From Paraspadella gotoi (Eukaryota; Animalia; Chaetognatha), in assembly GCA_051294375.1 (NCBI GenBank), contig CM119268.1:2540063-2604062 (forward strand): DNA of 64,000 nt, written 5' to 3'. Under the pieces are notes generated by a model. That model searched no databases, was not told where the DNA came from, and was given only the letters and a program-made list of their open reading frames with translations. How positions within the stretch are numbered: the stretch's first letter is position 1; the number at the start of each line of letters is the position of its first letter. The position numbers were made by a program, and so were the translations under genes. This document shows, one piece after another, positions 36,493 through 49,059 of the stretch.

Positions 36493-39400
36493 ATGCTGGC
36501 AAAAACTTCCGCCTCGAATGGCTCCCTGGCCGGCCTCAAACGGGGACCCCCTTCGGCCGACTCTCCAGCCTTCCCGATGAGAAAGAAGATCCGTCGCACT
36601 TTTAAAAAGTTTGAGATCGAGGGCGACGGGAACTGCCTCTTCCGCGCCTTCTCCAAACACTTCAATGGCGCCGAGGATGAGTACGAGGGCGTGCGCCTGC
36701 GCATCGTCAACTACGTGGAACGTAACTGGGAAAAATTTCAACCGAAAGTGGAGAGCGTGTTGTCGCAACGGATCGCCCGGTCGGCGAGGCAGTACGTGTC
36801 CTACATGGGAAAGGATAAGACATTCGGCAGCGAAGTGGAGATCCTGGCGGCGTCGTTGCTCTTCAAGACGCCGATCCGCGTCTATCTCAAGCGGGCCAAA
36901 CGGTTTCTGCCCATCTACGAGTCGGATCTTGGTATGTCTAACGTGTCCTTAGCCGAGGATGACGAGACGCAGAACGTCCTTTACTTGGAATACGACGAAG
37001 GCAACTTGCACTACAACGTCCTCATTCCGCTCGACGTTCAAATAGTAGCGTCGGGAGCGGTGGCGGGTGCGTCCTCTGCTCAGACAACGGTTTCATCGAC
37101 GAGTCCGACTCTGCCGCCCCTTGCGGAGACGGACGAAAACCCTTCCAGCGCCGACGAAAAGTGGACCACGCCGCCAGCGTCTTCGTCTTCTCCTGAGACG
37201 TGCGGAAGCTCGGAGCATCGAGCGACGCCGAAAGCGCTTTTCGTCAATAAGACCGTCGCTAACATCCGGGAATTGGAAGACGTGAGTTTTCCGTATAGAA
37301 TTAATTTAGTCGTCAATTTTTTTTTTTTAGTAAAATTAACCATAAATGGTACCCCCATTGCAGCCAACCTCGTCGGCCGAGCGATCCTTCACCGACTCAG
37401 CCTCCTACTTCTCCGCGTCGTCCTCCAAATCCCCTCGCCCTTCTTTCCACTCCACGAGTTCCTCCTCGTCCACCCGTCGCGCCTCCGCCCCCATCGTCGT
37501 CCGGCCTTGCTTCGTTCCTCTCTCCCGAACGCCCTCTCTCTCTTCGGCGCCGGAAATCTCCGCCAGGGGCGTGGCCGGCGTTGACGGCGTCTCGACGACC
37601 TCGCCGCGTCTGCGGCTCTCTCCGAAATGGCACCGTCAGCGTCACGTTATTCCTCTGTGTTTGGCGTCGACGCGGGACCCGGCATTTCTCGGCGCCATCA
37701 CTCGGGCGGCGCGACGCCATCTGCTGGAGTACGAGATTTTGAGGAAGAGGACGGTGACGAATCGGATCACGCGGATGAGATCTGAGGGAGAAGGTGGGAA
37801 CTTGAAAGTCTCGTGAAGCAACTGCTTTACAGTTTTTTCACGATTGCTATTTGCGAATGAGTTTTGCGTTGTAATTGTTGATGTTAATTTCAAAAAAGAA
37901 TTCCCTTTGCCAGTTTTTTGAAAATTCCCGAGTTTTCTCAATTTGAATTTCATTTATTTTATTAGTTAATTTAAGTTCGAATATTCTTATTAAATTTTCC
38001 TTCATTAATAATTCTTTCGATCGATCCAGTTAAATGGATTCTCCTTTTCTTCCCCAGTCATCGATCCCGACACTCGCGCCGAACTCGAGGCCGTGACGAG
38101 CAAGTCCGCCCGCAAGGAGATCCTCGTCTGGCCGCACTTCGTCCACTCGCTCAAGTGTCCCGACGAGATATTCCTCTATCACCTCCTCTTCCTCCTCTTC
38201 AACGCCGTCCAGGACATCGACGACGCCTTCTCCGTCCTCACCCGTCACGTCCTCTTCCTTCAGCGGGATGAGATCGAAAAAGTATTAATCAATTAAATTA
38301 TTAATTAATAAGCATCGGTAATTAGTGTTTAGACCTCTCAATTTGAGTCATCTCTATGTCTAGTACCTAACCGCCTACAACCTCGAGTTCAAATCCCACG
38401 ACGAGGAGACGACGCAGAAGATCCTCAACCACTATCGCAAGTCGCTCAAGCGGGACGTCGCCGCGCTACGCAAAGAATACCGGGACACCTACTTCGCCTA
38501 CGAAGAGCTCGACCATCCGTGCGAGCCGACCAACCCGCGTCGGCGGCAGAACCTCGTCGTCGTCATGCTGGACTCGTCGCAGGAGGAGCATCGCAAACTC
38601 ATCAATCGCCTGAGCGAGTTCTTTCTCTACGCCTGGAAACGGAGGAGCCTGTCAAGCCGAGACACGGCCGTCAGCCTGGCCGGCCTGGACGACCGCGTCA
38701 ACGCGGGGCTCTGCAACGATTACGTCGACTCGATCGTTCATCGATTTCCGACGAAGAACTCCATCGATCGCGAGGTCCGCGCCTTCGCCCACCGCGTCGC
38801 CGTCGCCACGGGCAACGATTTTCGGCTGCACGTTTATCCCAAGGACGAGATATTCGTCGATCCCAGCGGATGCAGAGGGGTCTTCGCGTTGAAGGAGAGG
38901 CTGAAGGTGCTGGCCCAGCAGAGCGTCGATCTCGTTACCTTTAAGGTGTGGGCAATGAGCATGGGGTTATGGTTTTTGTGGGTAGTCGTGCGTTTATCTT
39001 TGTGGTTTTTCTCAACTTTTTTTTTCGTTAATTTTGGTGCAAAGATTTCTTTTTGTTTTCATCAGCGTCAACAGAGCATTGGCGACAGAATCGAGGATAT
39101 CCATCTAATGGAGTCGTCGCAATATCAAGTCGCCCTTTGTCTGCCGCTCGAGGACTTTGTAGATTTTCCGACGCTTTTGGAAATGATTTTCGCCGATTTG
39201 ATTTTCAAGTAAAACGAACTTCAAATTACTAGTATTAGTAGATATAGAAATTCCGTTCGGCAAAAATACATAAAGATAAGATACCGTCGTTTTCTCTTTC
39301 TTTTCGATATCCTTTAAATTGTTAATTGTTTAATTGTTAATAATTTCTTAACATATCTTGTTACAGAATGCAAACCTCCAACGACCAGAAGGGTTTCCTC

Positions 39401-39610
39401 TTCTTGCCCGCTTTCCAAAAAAATGGTCCGCCCTTCCACCCTTTCGCCGCCGGAGCGAGTCTTCACCGATTGGCTCAAGAGTCCGCGTATGATTTGTCCG
39501 TGCTGACGGCGTCGCGTCCGCACGACGAGGCCGTCTCCATCGTTCTCGTCCAGATCGAAAAAGTCGGGCTCAAGACTCAAAAACCCGAGGACGAGCTCCT
39601 GTCACTCTAA
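36493..39610 (+). CDS. OTU-domain deubiquitinase-like protein with Ser/Pro linker and unrecognised C-terminal region
   Basis: Exon 1 encodes IEGDGNCLFRAFS (catalytic Asp/Cys), YMGKDKTFGSEVEILAAS and NLHYNVL (catalytic His). Further GT-AG exons at approximately 37363-37792, 38058-38281, 38363-38946, 39066-39208 and 39367-39610. Confidence 0.85.
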
Positions 39611-40208
39611 TGTTTTTTTTAAAGATTTTTAAATAATTTTTTTTACTATTTTTTTTATTACTCGTTATCTTCATTTTTAGTATATATCTTTACGTTGGTC
39701 GCCTTAGCGTAATTACGTCGTTGTTTTTTAATCTCGATCTTTGCTACCTTCGATGCTACTTTATTTTTCCTTTGCTGTGAATTTATATATACCTTTGGAA
39801 AAATCAAATTTTTTATCAGAATTTAGATATGATTATTTTTTTTAATACAATTAAAAACACTTTCGAGGGTTTTTTCCTTAATTTTTCAATCTTGGGGAAA
39901 ACAAATTAAACTTTAGCTATCTTTATATACGTTTGTGTGTTAAGAACTCATTCACATCGACTATCGTTATTAGTGACGTAACTTTCGGGAATATCTATCC
40001 TTTTTTTAAAAATTCTAGATAACAATCCTTTTTTTTATGTGAATACTTTTAAGTTTTAATTAATTTTTACATTCTTGACAATTTTTCTATTTTTAGTTAC
40101 ATTGATTTATGATTACTATGTGTGGTTGACTGGGGGACTATGTGCAAATTTGATTTCTGAGACAAAATATTCGAATTGCTGATAAGACGCGAAACAACGA
40201 ATTTCAAA

Positions 40209-41884
40209 ATGAAGAAAATCTCCTTCAGCAAAAACTTTTTAAGTTATCTCATTTGCCTTTTATACCTTTGTGCCGGTGAGTGGATTGGAGATTTCATTTT
40301 ATACATATAATTAAAGACGGCCGAACGTTGAAGCAACTGCCGGATTTTTTTTTTCCCCCGCCAGACTGGAGTTTCTTTTCGGACGCCGCTTCCGGGATTC
40401 AACTTGGAAATTGCAACTTTGACGGAGCAATCGATCGACAAAAAGCGCAGAAGGACGTTTTGTCCAAACTGGGGCCTTTGCTCAATCGATCCTTTGCCGC
40501 CGTCACGTTTGAAGTTGAAGGAAGAACATATACCTTTAACATTGGTAGGGCATCTCGGGATTAACATAATAGGTTTACATTTTAATCATTTTATGATCTA
40601 TAGTTAAACTTTTGACCTTCAAGTTTACAAGCGTTATCAAAAACTAACTAAAAAACCTTAACATCAGGCCTTTGTGAGAAAGCTTGCTCAGACTGCGAGA
40701 AAAACGTGGGAGTCTTGCAGAGTTGGGAAGACGATGGTCATCACGAAAAAGTCGTTGGTCGAATGGACGACGTCGTCGTCGTCGCCGGGAAGTGTAAGTG
40801 AGAATTCCTATATTAGTTGGATAAGTTTATGTTAACTTTTCGCTAATTATTTTATTCCATGTTGCAGATTGGATAATGCTCACCTACCCGAACGGTGATA
40901 AGTACAAAACTCACTGCACAGTCAATAAAAACCGGAAAGCCAATATTATGTTTCTTTGTGATCCGTCCAAAAGTAAGACTTTTTTGATTTTAATTTAAAC
41001 CCTTAAATCCGAATAATAAAAATCATTTGCTTTATCCTCGTTGTCAAGGCAACCCCGATGTGCGGGTACTCGAGGAGAACTATCAGTCGAACAAGTCTTG
41101 TTACTACCTGATCGAAGTTTCTACCAAGCATGCTTGCCCCCCCTCGAACAGTATTTTGCCGGAAGGCGTCTCCGGAGGTGAGTTTGAACGAGATTGGAAG
41201 TAAAATTAATTGGAGCGACAGATTCCGTCAACGAATCAATCAATCAATCAACCACCTTTCCAGGCAGCGTCCTCGTCATCTTGTTCGTCGTCGCCGTCTC
41301 CTGTTATTTGATCATCGGCTGCATTTATCAACGCTTCGTCGTTGGGGCGAAAGGAATCGAACAAATTCCCAACATCCGCGCCTGGCAGGTCGGCGCAACT
41401 CCGATTTATTAATAATTATTTCTTTATTCGTAAAGCCCAGTAATTGGCCTATATCTACGTTTTTGCCGATTCAATGTATTTGTCTCGGACAGGGTTTGGG
41501 CAACCTGATGGCCGACGGATGCGACTTTGTCTTTCGGACGAAAAATCCTCGAACCGGTAGCCAAAGATCTGCGCCGGGGGCCGGCGGAGGTGAGTGACTC
41601 GCTCTCAAGTCAGTTGGAGTATTTCCTCAGATTGAAAATCTTTCGTCGATGCTACTTTGTTTCCTAATCTCAGGTTATACGTCTTTCGACCAAACGCCGA
41701 ACGATCGTGCTTACAAAGGTATGCTTGCAACGTCGTAAAAAAAAAAACACAAAACCATCCGCTTATCCAATCGATTAATTAATTAATAATGAAATAATCA
41801 GGTCTCGGGGACAACATTTTATCGAACTCCGAGTCCAACGGAGGCTTAGACGGCGGCGGCGACGATAGCATGTTACCGATGTGA
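40209..41884 (+). CDS. M6PR: Cation-dependent mannose-6-phosphate receptor
   Basis: Nine exons encode a signal peptide, an MRH domain (YTFNIGLC, VVGR, WIMLTYPNGDKY..HC, RKANIMFLCD, EEN..CYYLIE..HAC), a TM segment GSVLVILFVVAVSCYLIIG, and a tail YQRFVVGAKGIEQIPN, GNLMADGCDFVFR, AYKGLGD ending DDSMLPM (human DDHLLPM). Confidence 0.95.
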
Positions 41885-42381
41885 TCTCGACCAAAAACGT
41901 AGAAACGATTCGAGTTTAAGTACTACATTTCCCTTTTATTTTAACTCGCGATGAGCGGAATTCTCGACCTACACACAATTCACTATTTACTTGGTGGTGA
42001 TTATTTATATGTACACGTTTCGTCCCCCTTGGTTTTATGAACATTTCATTAATTAATATTTGTTTTGTGAGTCTGAGAAGAATTTTTGTAGATACAAAAA
42101 TCATGATGAAACAATAAATATCCAGTTTTTAAGTCTCGACGCGTTATTTTTATGATTACGCTTGTAAATAAATTTATTTATTTATGGAATGGACAAAATC
42201 TAGTTACAAGCGCTCAGTTATTTACATATAATTATCAGTTCTTGGCACGAAAAATAGTGATTCGCATCAGATTCTCTCGAGAGATAAGAGTCCAAAGCTC
42301 GAACCTAAATCTCTCAAGAAAGTTCGAGAAAAAGTCGCAATTGAATTTTTGTAAAAAAATAAATTTCCGCCGTAAACGAAA

Positions 42382-42507
42382 ATGGGCGTTTCTTTAACCG
42401 CGTGGATTCCCGAATCAACTTCGGGAAAAGTGTTACTGGCTGCCGCTCTGTTGGGAACCGTTGCCCTCATTTACGCTATGAATAAGAAGCAAGACAAAAG
42501 AAGATGA
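42382..42507 (+). CDS. Putative 41-aa single-pass membrane microprotein
   Basis: AAAATGG start; MGVSLTAWIPESTSGKVLLAAALLGTVALIYAMNKKQDKRR-stop, followed by a GT-AG intron (42509-42582) and a GC-richer second exon. Confidence 0.45.
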   Translation: MGVSLTAWIPESTSGKVLLAAALLGTVALIYAMNKKQDKRR

Positions 42508-42846
42508 GGTATTAAAGTTTTGCGTATGAGTAAAATTTCTGCCAACAATTAGTAAGTTCATGGTAATCTGTAAATGTTTTAGGCCGTCGGCTTCGTATTG
42601 GAGAGCGATGTACCGAGGCCCTCGAGGATTTTATTACCTCCTCAAAGAAGCAAGAGTTAAAATTTCAAAATGTTATAAAATCGTTTATTTTTCGTAAGAA
42701 TTATAAAGAAAAAAAAATTGAATGGGTCGCTACGACTCTTCTATTTTAGCAACATTCATTTCACCTAGTGCGTCGATATTATTTACATCAATAATACTGG
42801 CATGAATCTATAGCAAGTCTGTTCAGAAATTTTATAATTAAAGATT

Positions 42847-45800
42847 TTACGGTTCCGTCACTCGGCTCGCCCTGCGCCCTCTGAAGGCGAAAGATTTTGA
42901 GACGCCGCCGCCTCTTTCAAGCGTCAGCTGCCCCGACCTCGTTTCCGGCAGCGAAGATCGGCGCCGGACGCCCATTTCCGGGGTCGTCGCCGCAGAAGTC
43001 GACGCGCTCCAGGTTCCTAGTCAAAAATGGAAAATTAAATCAATCAAATGAAAATTAAATCGGATCCAATCAATTCAAATCGAATCAAGTAAGAATCAGT
43101 TAAGGACCAAGGTTAATAGTATCACCGGTAGTCAGCGTAACCACTGGCGATCCCTTCGTTGTTGTTGACGTTTGCCCTTTGGCGTCGTCTCCTTTGCCCG
43201 CTTTCTCGTCGGACAAAGGTCGGGCGGGGGGAGGACGGGCGATTGGTCGCATCGGCACGCCTTTGTGCCTGTTTTCGATTAACATTATCGATTATTAATC
43301 AGTGCACCGCTGATGTAACGCAAGTGTACCGATAGTCTCATGAAAGTACCTCATGGCAGCCTCTTTGCAAAATCCACAACGACTCAATAGAATGTAAAGA
43401 TCTTTCTTAAATTGCTTGGTGAAAACCGCATAGAGAAATGGATTGGCACAACTGATTGATGGAAGAAAAACCAATCAGTTGATGGTATATCATAGGTGAC
43501 ATATATTTAATTCTATTCTTTTTTTTCTAATATGAACCTGTTCAATGGGTAGAAAAACACCAATAGAATTTTCGACTGCGACACCGAGATGAGAGGATAC
43601 CCCGCCGCCGCCGTCGCGCCGAAAAACGCGATGGGAAACCAGCACCCAAAATCTGAAGGTAAGGACGTTGATGAAAACTCACCCGCTGGTCTCTTTTCGA
43701 AGTACTATCTAGGAAAAAAGTATATGACATAATTTATTTATTCAATAAAAAGTATATTAAATATGGGTAAAATATCATGATGACATTTTCAATATTTGGT
43801 ATACCTTTCCTCGGCATCAATTATTGCCTGCCTTTGTCTGGGTATGCTCTTATATAGCAAATTGAGGTATGACAGTGAAATGTGTTTTGAGATCTTTATC
43901 CCATTCTGCGCAGCCCCAATATTAATGTTGTGCATCTTTCCCTCTTTTCTGAAAGCTATAATAGTACTTTTTTGAACCAGAAAGAAGTGCAAGGCCTTTA
44001 GCATTGAAATTAAAAAAATATTTAAAAAATAATTAACTCTATTTAACATAAAAACAAATAATTAAATACTAAAAATGGTTAAAAATTAAATACATTTTTT
44101 TTCGCTATTTTTTATTTGAAGTAACAATATTTTTTTGCCGGTAATTTCTAAACTATTTGACCTATAAAAAAATAGAAGGAAGCTACTGAAAAGAAATTTA
44201 AATTAAATTCGGTAATATTCTGATTTTTTTTAAATTAAATAAGTTTTCGAGTAGATATCTTTTATTAAAAATGTCATATACTTTTTTCCTAGATAGTAAG
44301 TCTTTACCTGTAAAGACCAGCACCGCCATTCGTTTCGCTACCGTCGCGTCGTTCTTGTGCGTCGGGCCGCCTTCACGAACGGTGCTGCCGATTTCCAAAT
44401 GTCAAATATAAATGATAGTTTTTTTTAATATTACTTATTAATTATTAGATAGCCCGTTCCTAAGCATGGGGCAAGGTAGCTTATTATTAAATGAATGTAT
44501 AATTATTATATTGATTGTACCAATTTAATATTACATTCCCAAATCTGTAGCAAGAAAGCATACAGTATTAATTTTTATACGGGTTGTACCCACTTCAGTG
44601 GTTCTTTTGTTTACTTGAACATGGTGACGTAAAAAAACATGATGGCGGAAAAACAAAGGACAGTGAAGGCGAGGAGAGAGATGACGAAGACGAGACCGGC
44701 GACGGTGCTCGTGTCCATCGGGAGACAAGTCGACGTCCATCCGTAGCTGCTTACCTCTTTGATTGTAGTTAATTAGTTAGTACGTTTGTTTTCGAGCTTA
44801 GTTAAGACTATATACCAACCGAATATGGGCAACGCGGCGGCGACGAAAGAAAACGCGTAAACAAAAAGCATAGTTTTCATCGCGAATTTGATGCGAATTC
44901 GTTTGTTGAGATTTATCGCGTTTTGGATCGCGTACCAACGCTCTGATAATGATTCAAATGATTAACTAATTAAATGTTTAATCGCAAATAATTGAATTTG
45001 ATTAAAATTTGTTGATAACCGATTTCTCACCCGCTGTGATAAAAGTCAACGTCGCGATTGACAAAACCGAACCGAAGACCGAGAAAAAACCTGATGGGTA
45101 ACGAAATTAATTAATTTAATTTAATTAACTGTTTTTTTCTCTCTATTTTATTATGTTTTCGTTTGCTCAGACTTAGTCTATGTTTGTTGATGATTATTGT
45201 ACTGAATAAACCTGTATTCGAATATAATAAATGAGAATGACTTTCAAAGGTTAAATCTCCCGATGCGATCCACTTGATTTTTTTCAAATTAAAGTAATTT
45301 TTAATTATGGTAAAAGTTCAAACGATGTTCTTTTTATTATCGACCCTCCTTCCCCCCCCCCAACCGGCGACTTGGCAACCCATTCCGTGCTGCCAATCGA
45401 TGGCGAAGTTGAAGTACATCCCGACCGTCTTCATGTCGACGATGGAGATCATGGTTAGGTAGACTCCGATCATGAAATCGGCCACGCCCAAGTTGAGGAT
45501 GAGAAATTTGGAGACCGACATTTTGGAGCAGGAAGAGAGAAGGACGGTGAAAACGAAGAGGTTGCCGAGAAGAGCTGGTCGAGGGGGGGGAGTGGGTGGA
45601 TTGAAATAAAAAAGCTAATTTGGTGGACATTGGACAAAGAGCCGTCTTCCAAGTTTGATTTATTTTTTTAATTAGACAAATTAAATGAATAAAACTTGAA
45701 AGAAAGTCGGTTCCCGAGAGTTTGGGTGGTCCCAATTAATTGAAATTCGCCGAAAAAAAAGTATTTTTTTTTTTGTTTGTTTTTTTTTTTCCAATTTTCT

Positions 45801-46998
45801 CACCGAAAAAAGCGACAAGAAACATGACGATTCTGAATCCGTTGTTGGTCATGATGTCTTCGCAAGGGTTGAAGGCGTTCGCGGCCGGAGTGCACTGTGG
45901 AAAAAAAAGCGGGTCTTATTAATGAAAACAGAAAAGTCAGTGTGGAAACTGGAGAGGCACACAAATGGAGACACACAAATGGAATGTGAAAGGCTTGTTG
46001 GAAAGGTCTGTCGCCGAAGCTCTCTGACGGTGTGGCAAGCCCAAACCCTTAGTGTGGCCGGTGGATCTAGGAGATTTTTCCGTCAGTTGCCTTGCCTTCC
46101 GGAACTTCGATCCGGCGGTAGGATTGCTACCGGAGGTTTAATCGGCTCGTCACTCATTTGCAAGGACCGTTCCGACCGGGGATAGAATCCGGGACAGAGA
46201 TCGAAGCTTCAGCCCAGTGCGCTATGACGGCGCTGTCAGAAGAAACAGTCATCACAACATAATGACGAATTGGGTAAAACAGTTGAGTGAAGGAACTGAG
46301 ATTCAAGGCAGGAAGGATCGACCTAAATCCCGTACGTCTTTTTTAGGGTTCGGAGAAAAAGGTTTTTGTTTTAATTTTCAAAAAAAAAAAAAAAATAGTT
46401 TTAATTTCCGGAACACCTGTCGACTCATTTAAAAAGTGAATCCTTTTGTAGCGACGAAGTGTGTCTGATGTGAAGTTTGAGAAAAAAAAGCGTGAGAAAA
46501 AAAAATTTAGGGCTGGAATTTCACATTTCGATTCGTTAACTTGTTGAATGAATTATAAAGGTAATTCGTAATGCCTAAGCCTAAAGAGTAGTTGAATATA
46601 TTTTATTCATGATCACATTCATTCGATCATACATCGGACGATACGACTGTCCGACCGACCGACCGACCGACCGACCGACCGACCTCGACGACGGCGAAAC
46701 TGTCGAAGTATGCCCGTCCGCAGTCGACGTCGATCATGCTGTCGTTGAAGGGAGCGAAGGAAGCGGAGACGAAGGTTCCATCTCCCGCTTTGGTGGAGGC
46801 GGGGGTGGAGGTGGTGGCTGGAGGAAAGCGGAAGAGAGATTTGGGTTTTTAAGGGTCAGTTAGAGAGAAAAGGTTTTAAATTATGATTTATATAATTTGT
46901 TAAATAGTATGTCATAAAAAGGGTAAAGATGTTGTTCAAAGTTATCATCCGTGGGAGGGAGCGGGATTTTCGTTAAAAAAAAACACCTGTAAAATTTT

Positions 46999-47059
<61 letters not shown>

Positions 47060-47076
47060 CTCTTCTCTCTCTTCTC

Positions 47077-47109
<33 letters not shown>

Positions 47110-47151
47110 TTCGTCGTTGCCTCGGCTTGCAGTCGTCGTCGTCTCTTTCGA

Positions 47152-47188
<37 letters not shown>

Positions 47189-47854
47189 CCCATCACAAAA
47201 ACATTACGTTTCGCCCGAACGAACATAGTTATATTATTTTTTCGTTCCACTATTTATTTTCTTTTGTTGTCATCGCATCTGATGGTTTTTAATCTTGCGA
47301 ATTTAGTATTCAACTTGATTCCATCCTCATTTTCAACAGTTTACATTGACTGTTGTCTCTCTGAAGAGAAGATGCTGATAATTTCAGTGAATTTCCTTGA
47401 AAGACGAATATCTTTTTTTAAGTTTTTCCTTATTGCACTCTCTCTCTGTCTCTCTCTCTCTGTCTCTCTCTTTCTCTCTATCGCGTCACGAAACCCGAAA
47501 AGCATCACAGAGTTTCACCCGGGGCGAAATCACGGGAGGCAGAAAATAAACTCCGTTGGACATAATTACGACGACGATTATATTTTGATGGACGAAATCA
47601 CGATTCACGAAGGAAGGATTTCAAATTTTGCCAATCTGCCAATTAAAAAGATTTTTAACGATTTTTACGCGATTTAATTTAAAAACAATATAACGGCGAT
47701 TTTCTGCAAAAATTCTGATCTTATGTCTTGTTTTAAATATTTCACAAACTAATTCCGATGCTTTACAACGACATTTAATGATTATGTTTTTTTTATTTGA
47801 TTTATACTCAAAATTTATCTCTCTCTCATCTCTCAATCTCCGTTCTCTCTCTCG

Positions 47855-47887
<33 letters not shown>

Positions 47888-49022
47888 CTCTCTCTCCTTT
47901 CTCTCTTTCTCTCTAGAAAATCCACATGAATCGACCACCCATTCTCCTCCTCTTCTTCCTCCTTCCTTCTCTCTCCCTCTCAACTTCCGTCGTCGTCCCG
48001 CGCATGCGCGTCACTTGCGACGTGCATCACCGCTACGCCGTCACGCGCGTGGAGACCAGGCTGCGTAACGCGGCCGGCGCCGCTACGGAGACGGCGTTCG
48101 ACGTGACGCTGCCCGAATCGGCGTTCATCTCCAACTTTTCCATGACGATCGATGGCGTTGTTTATCCGGGGATCGTCAAGGTGAGGCAGAGTTGTTGTTG
48201 TCGTTGTTCTCATTACAAGTGGTGGTCGTTGTGGTGGTAGTGGTCGTCATAGTTTTCTTTTTGTGGTCAAGAATTTCGGTAAGAAATATTTTTGAATTTT
48301 CGGACACTAAAACTAATTTGCATGTTGACATAAAGTATTTTTTTCATTCTTTTCGTTCTTAATTTCCCTTTTGCTACTGTGAGCCTCGATTTGGGCGACC
48401 AAAAAACGTTCAATTTCTTTCATATGATAAAAATTTGACGATCGATGTAATTCTAATATTTCACTTGCTTTTTATTTTGTAATTTTGATGCGATTTAGTT
48501 TAGTAAGGTTTCCTTTTTAATATATTGTAATTTTATCATAGTTTCTACAAAATTTAAGTCTTCGTTTTTCAAAACGTTTCAAATTCATAAAGTAGAAATA
48601 CATGTTGACATTGTTAAGCCTTTTAATTTCATGCCATACTTGTGGATTTGACTAAAAAACCTAAAGACTTTCTCGCATTGAAAAAGAAAGTTTTAAAAAT
48701 CATTCGATATTATTCCCCGTCCTCAGGAGAAAGCCGCGGCGAAGGCTGCCTACGGCGCCGCCGTGGCGGCCGGCGCCTCGGCGGGCCTGGTCCGCGCGAC
48801 GCCGCGCAACTCGAATCGATTCCGCGTGGCGGTCAACGTCGCCGCCGACGCCTTCGTCGACTTCCATCTCGTCTACGAAGAGTTGCTGCGGCGGAAAAGA
48901 GGCGGATATCGGGTCGAGGTGGCGGTGAGACCTGAAGGGAAGGTGGAGGATCTGAAGGTGGAGGTGGAGATTGTGGAGGACGCTGGGGTCAGGTGGGTTT
49001 GGAAGGTGGTTTGGTTTTCTAT

Positions 49023-49059
<37 letters not shown>

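Noticed and set aside
45995-46015. RNase P RNA (GGAAAGGTCTG resembles CR-I)
   Set aside because: There is no downstream CR-V/P4 complement (CAGAC) on the same strand.
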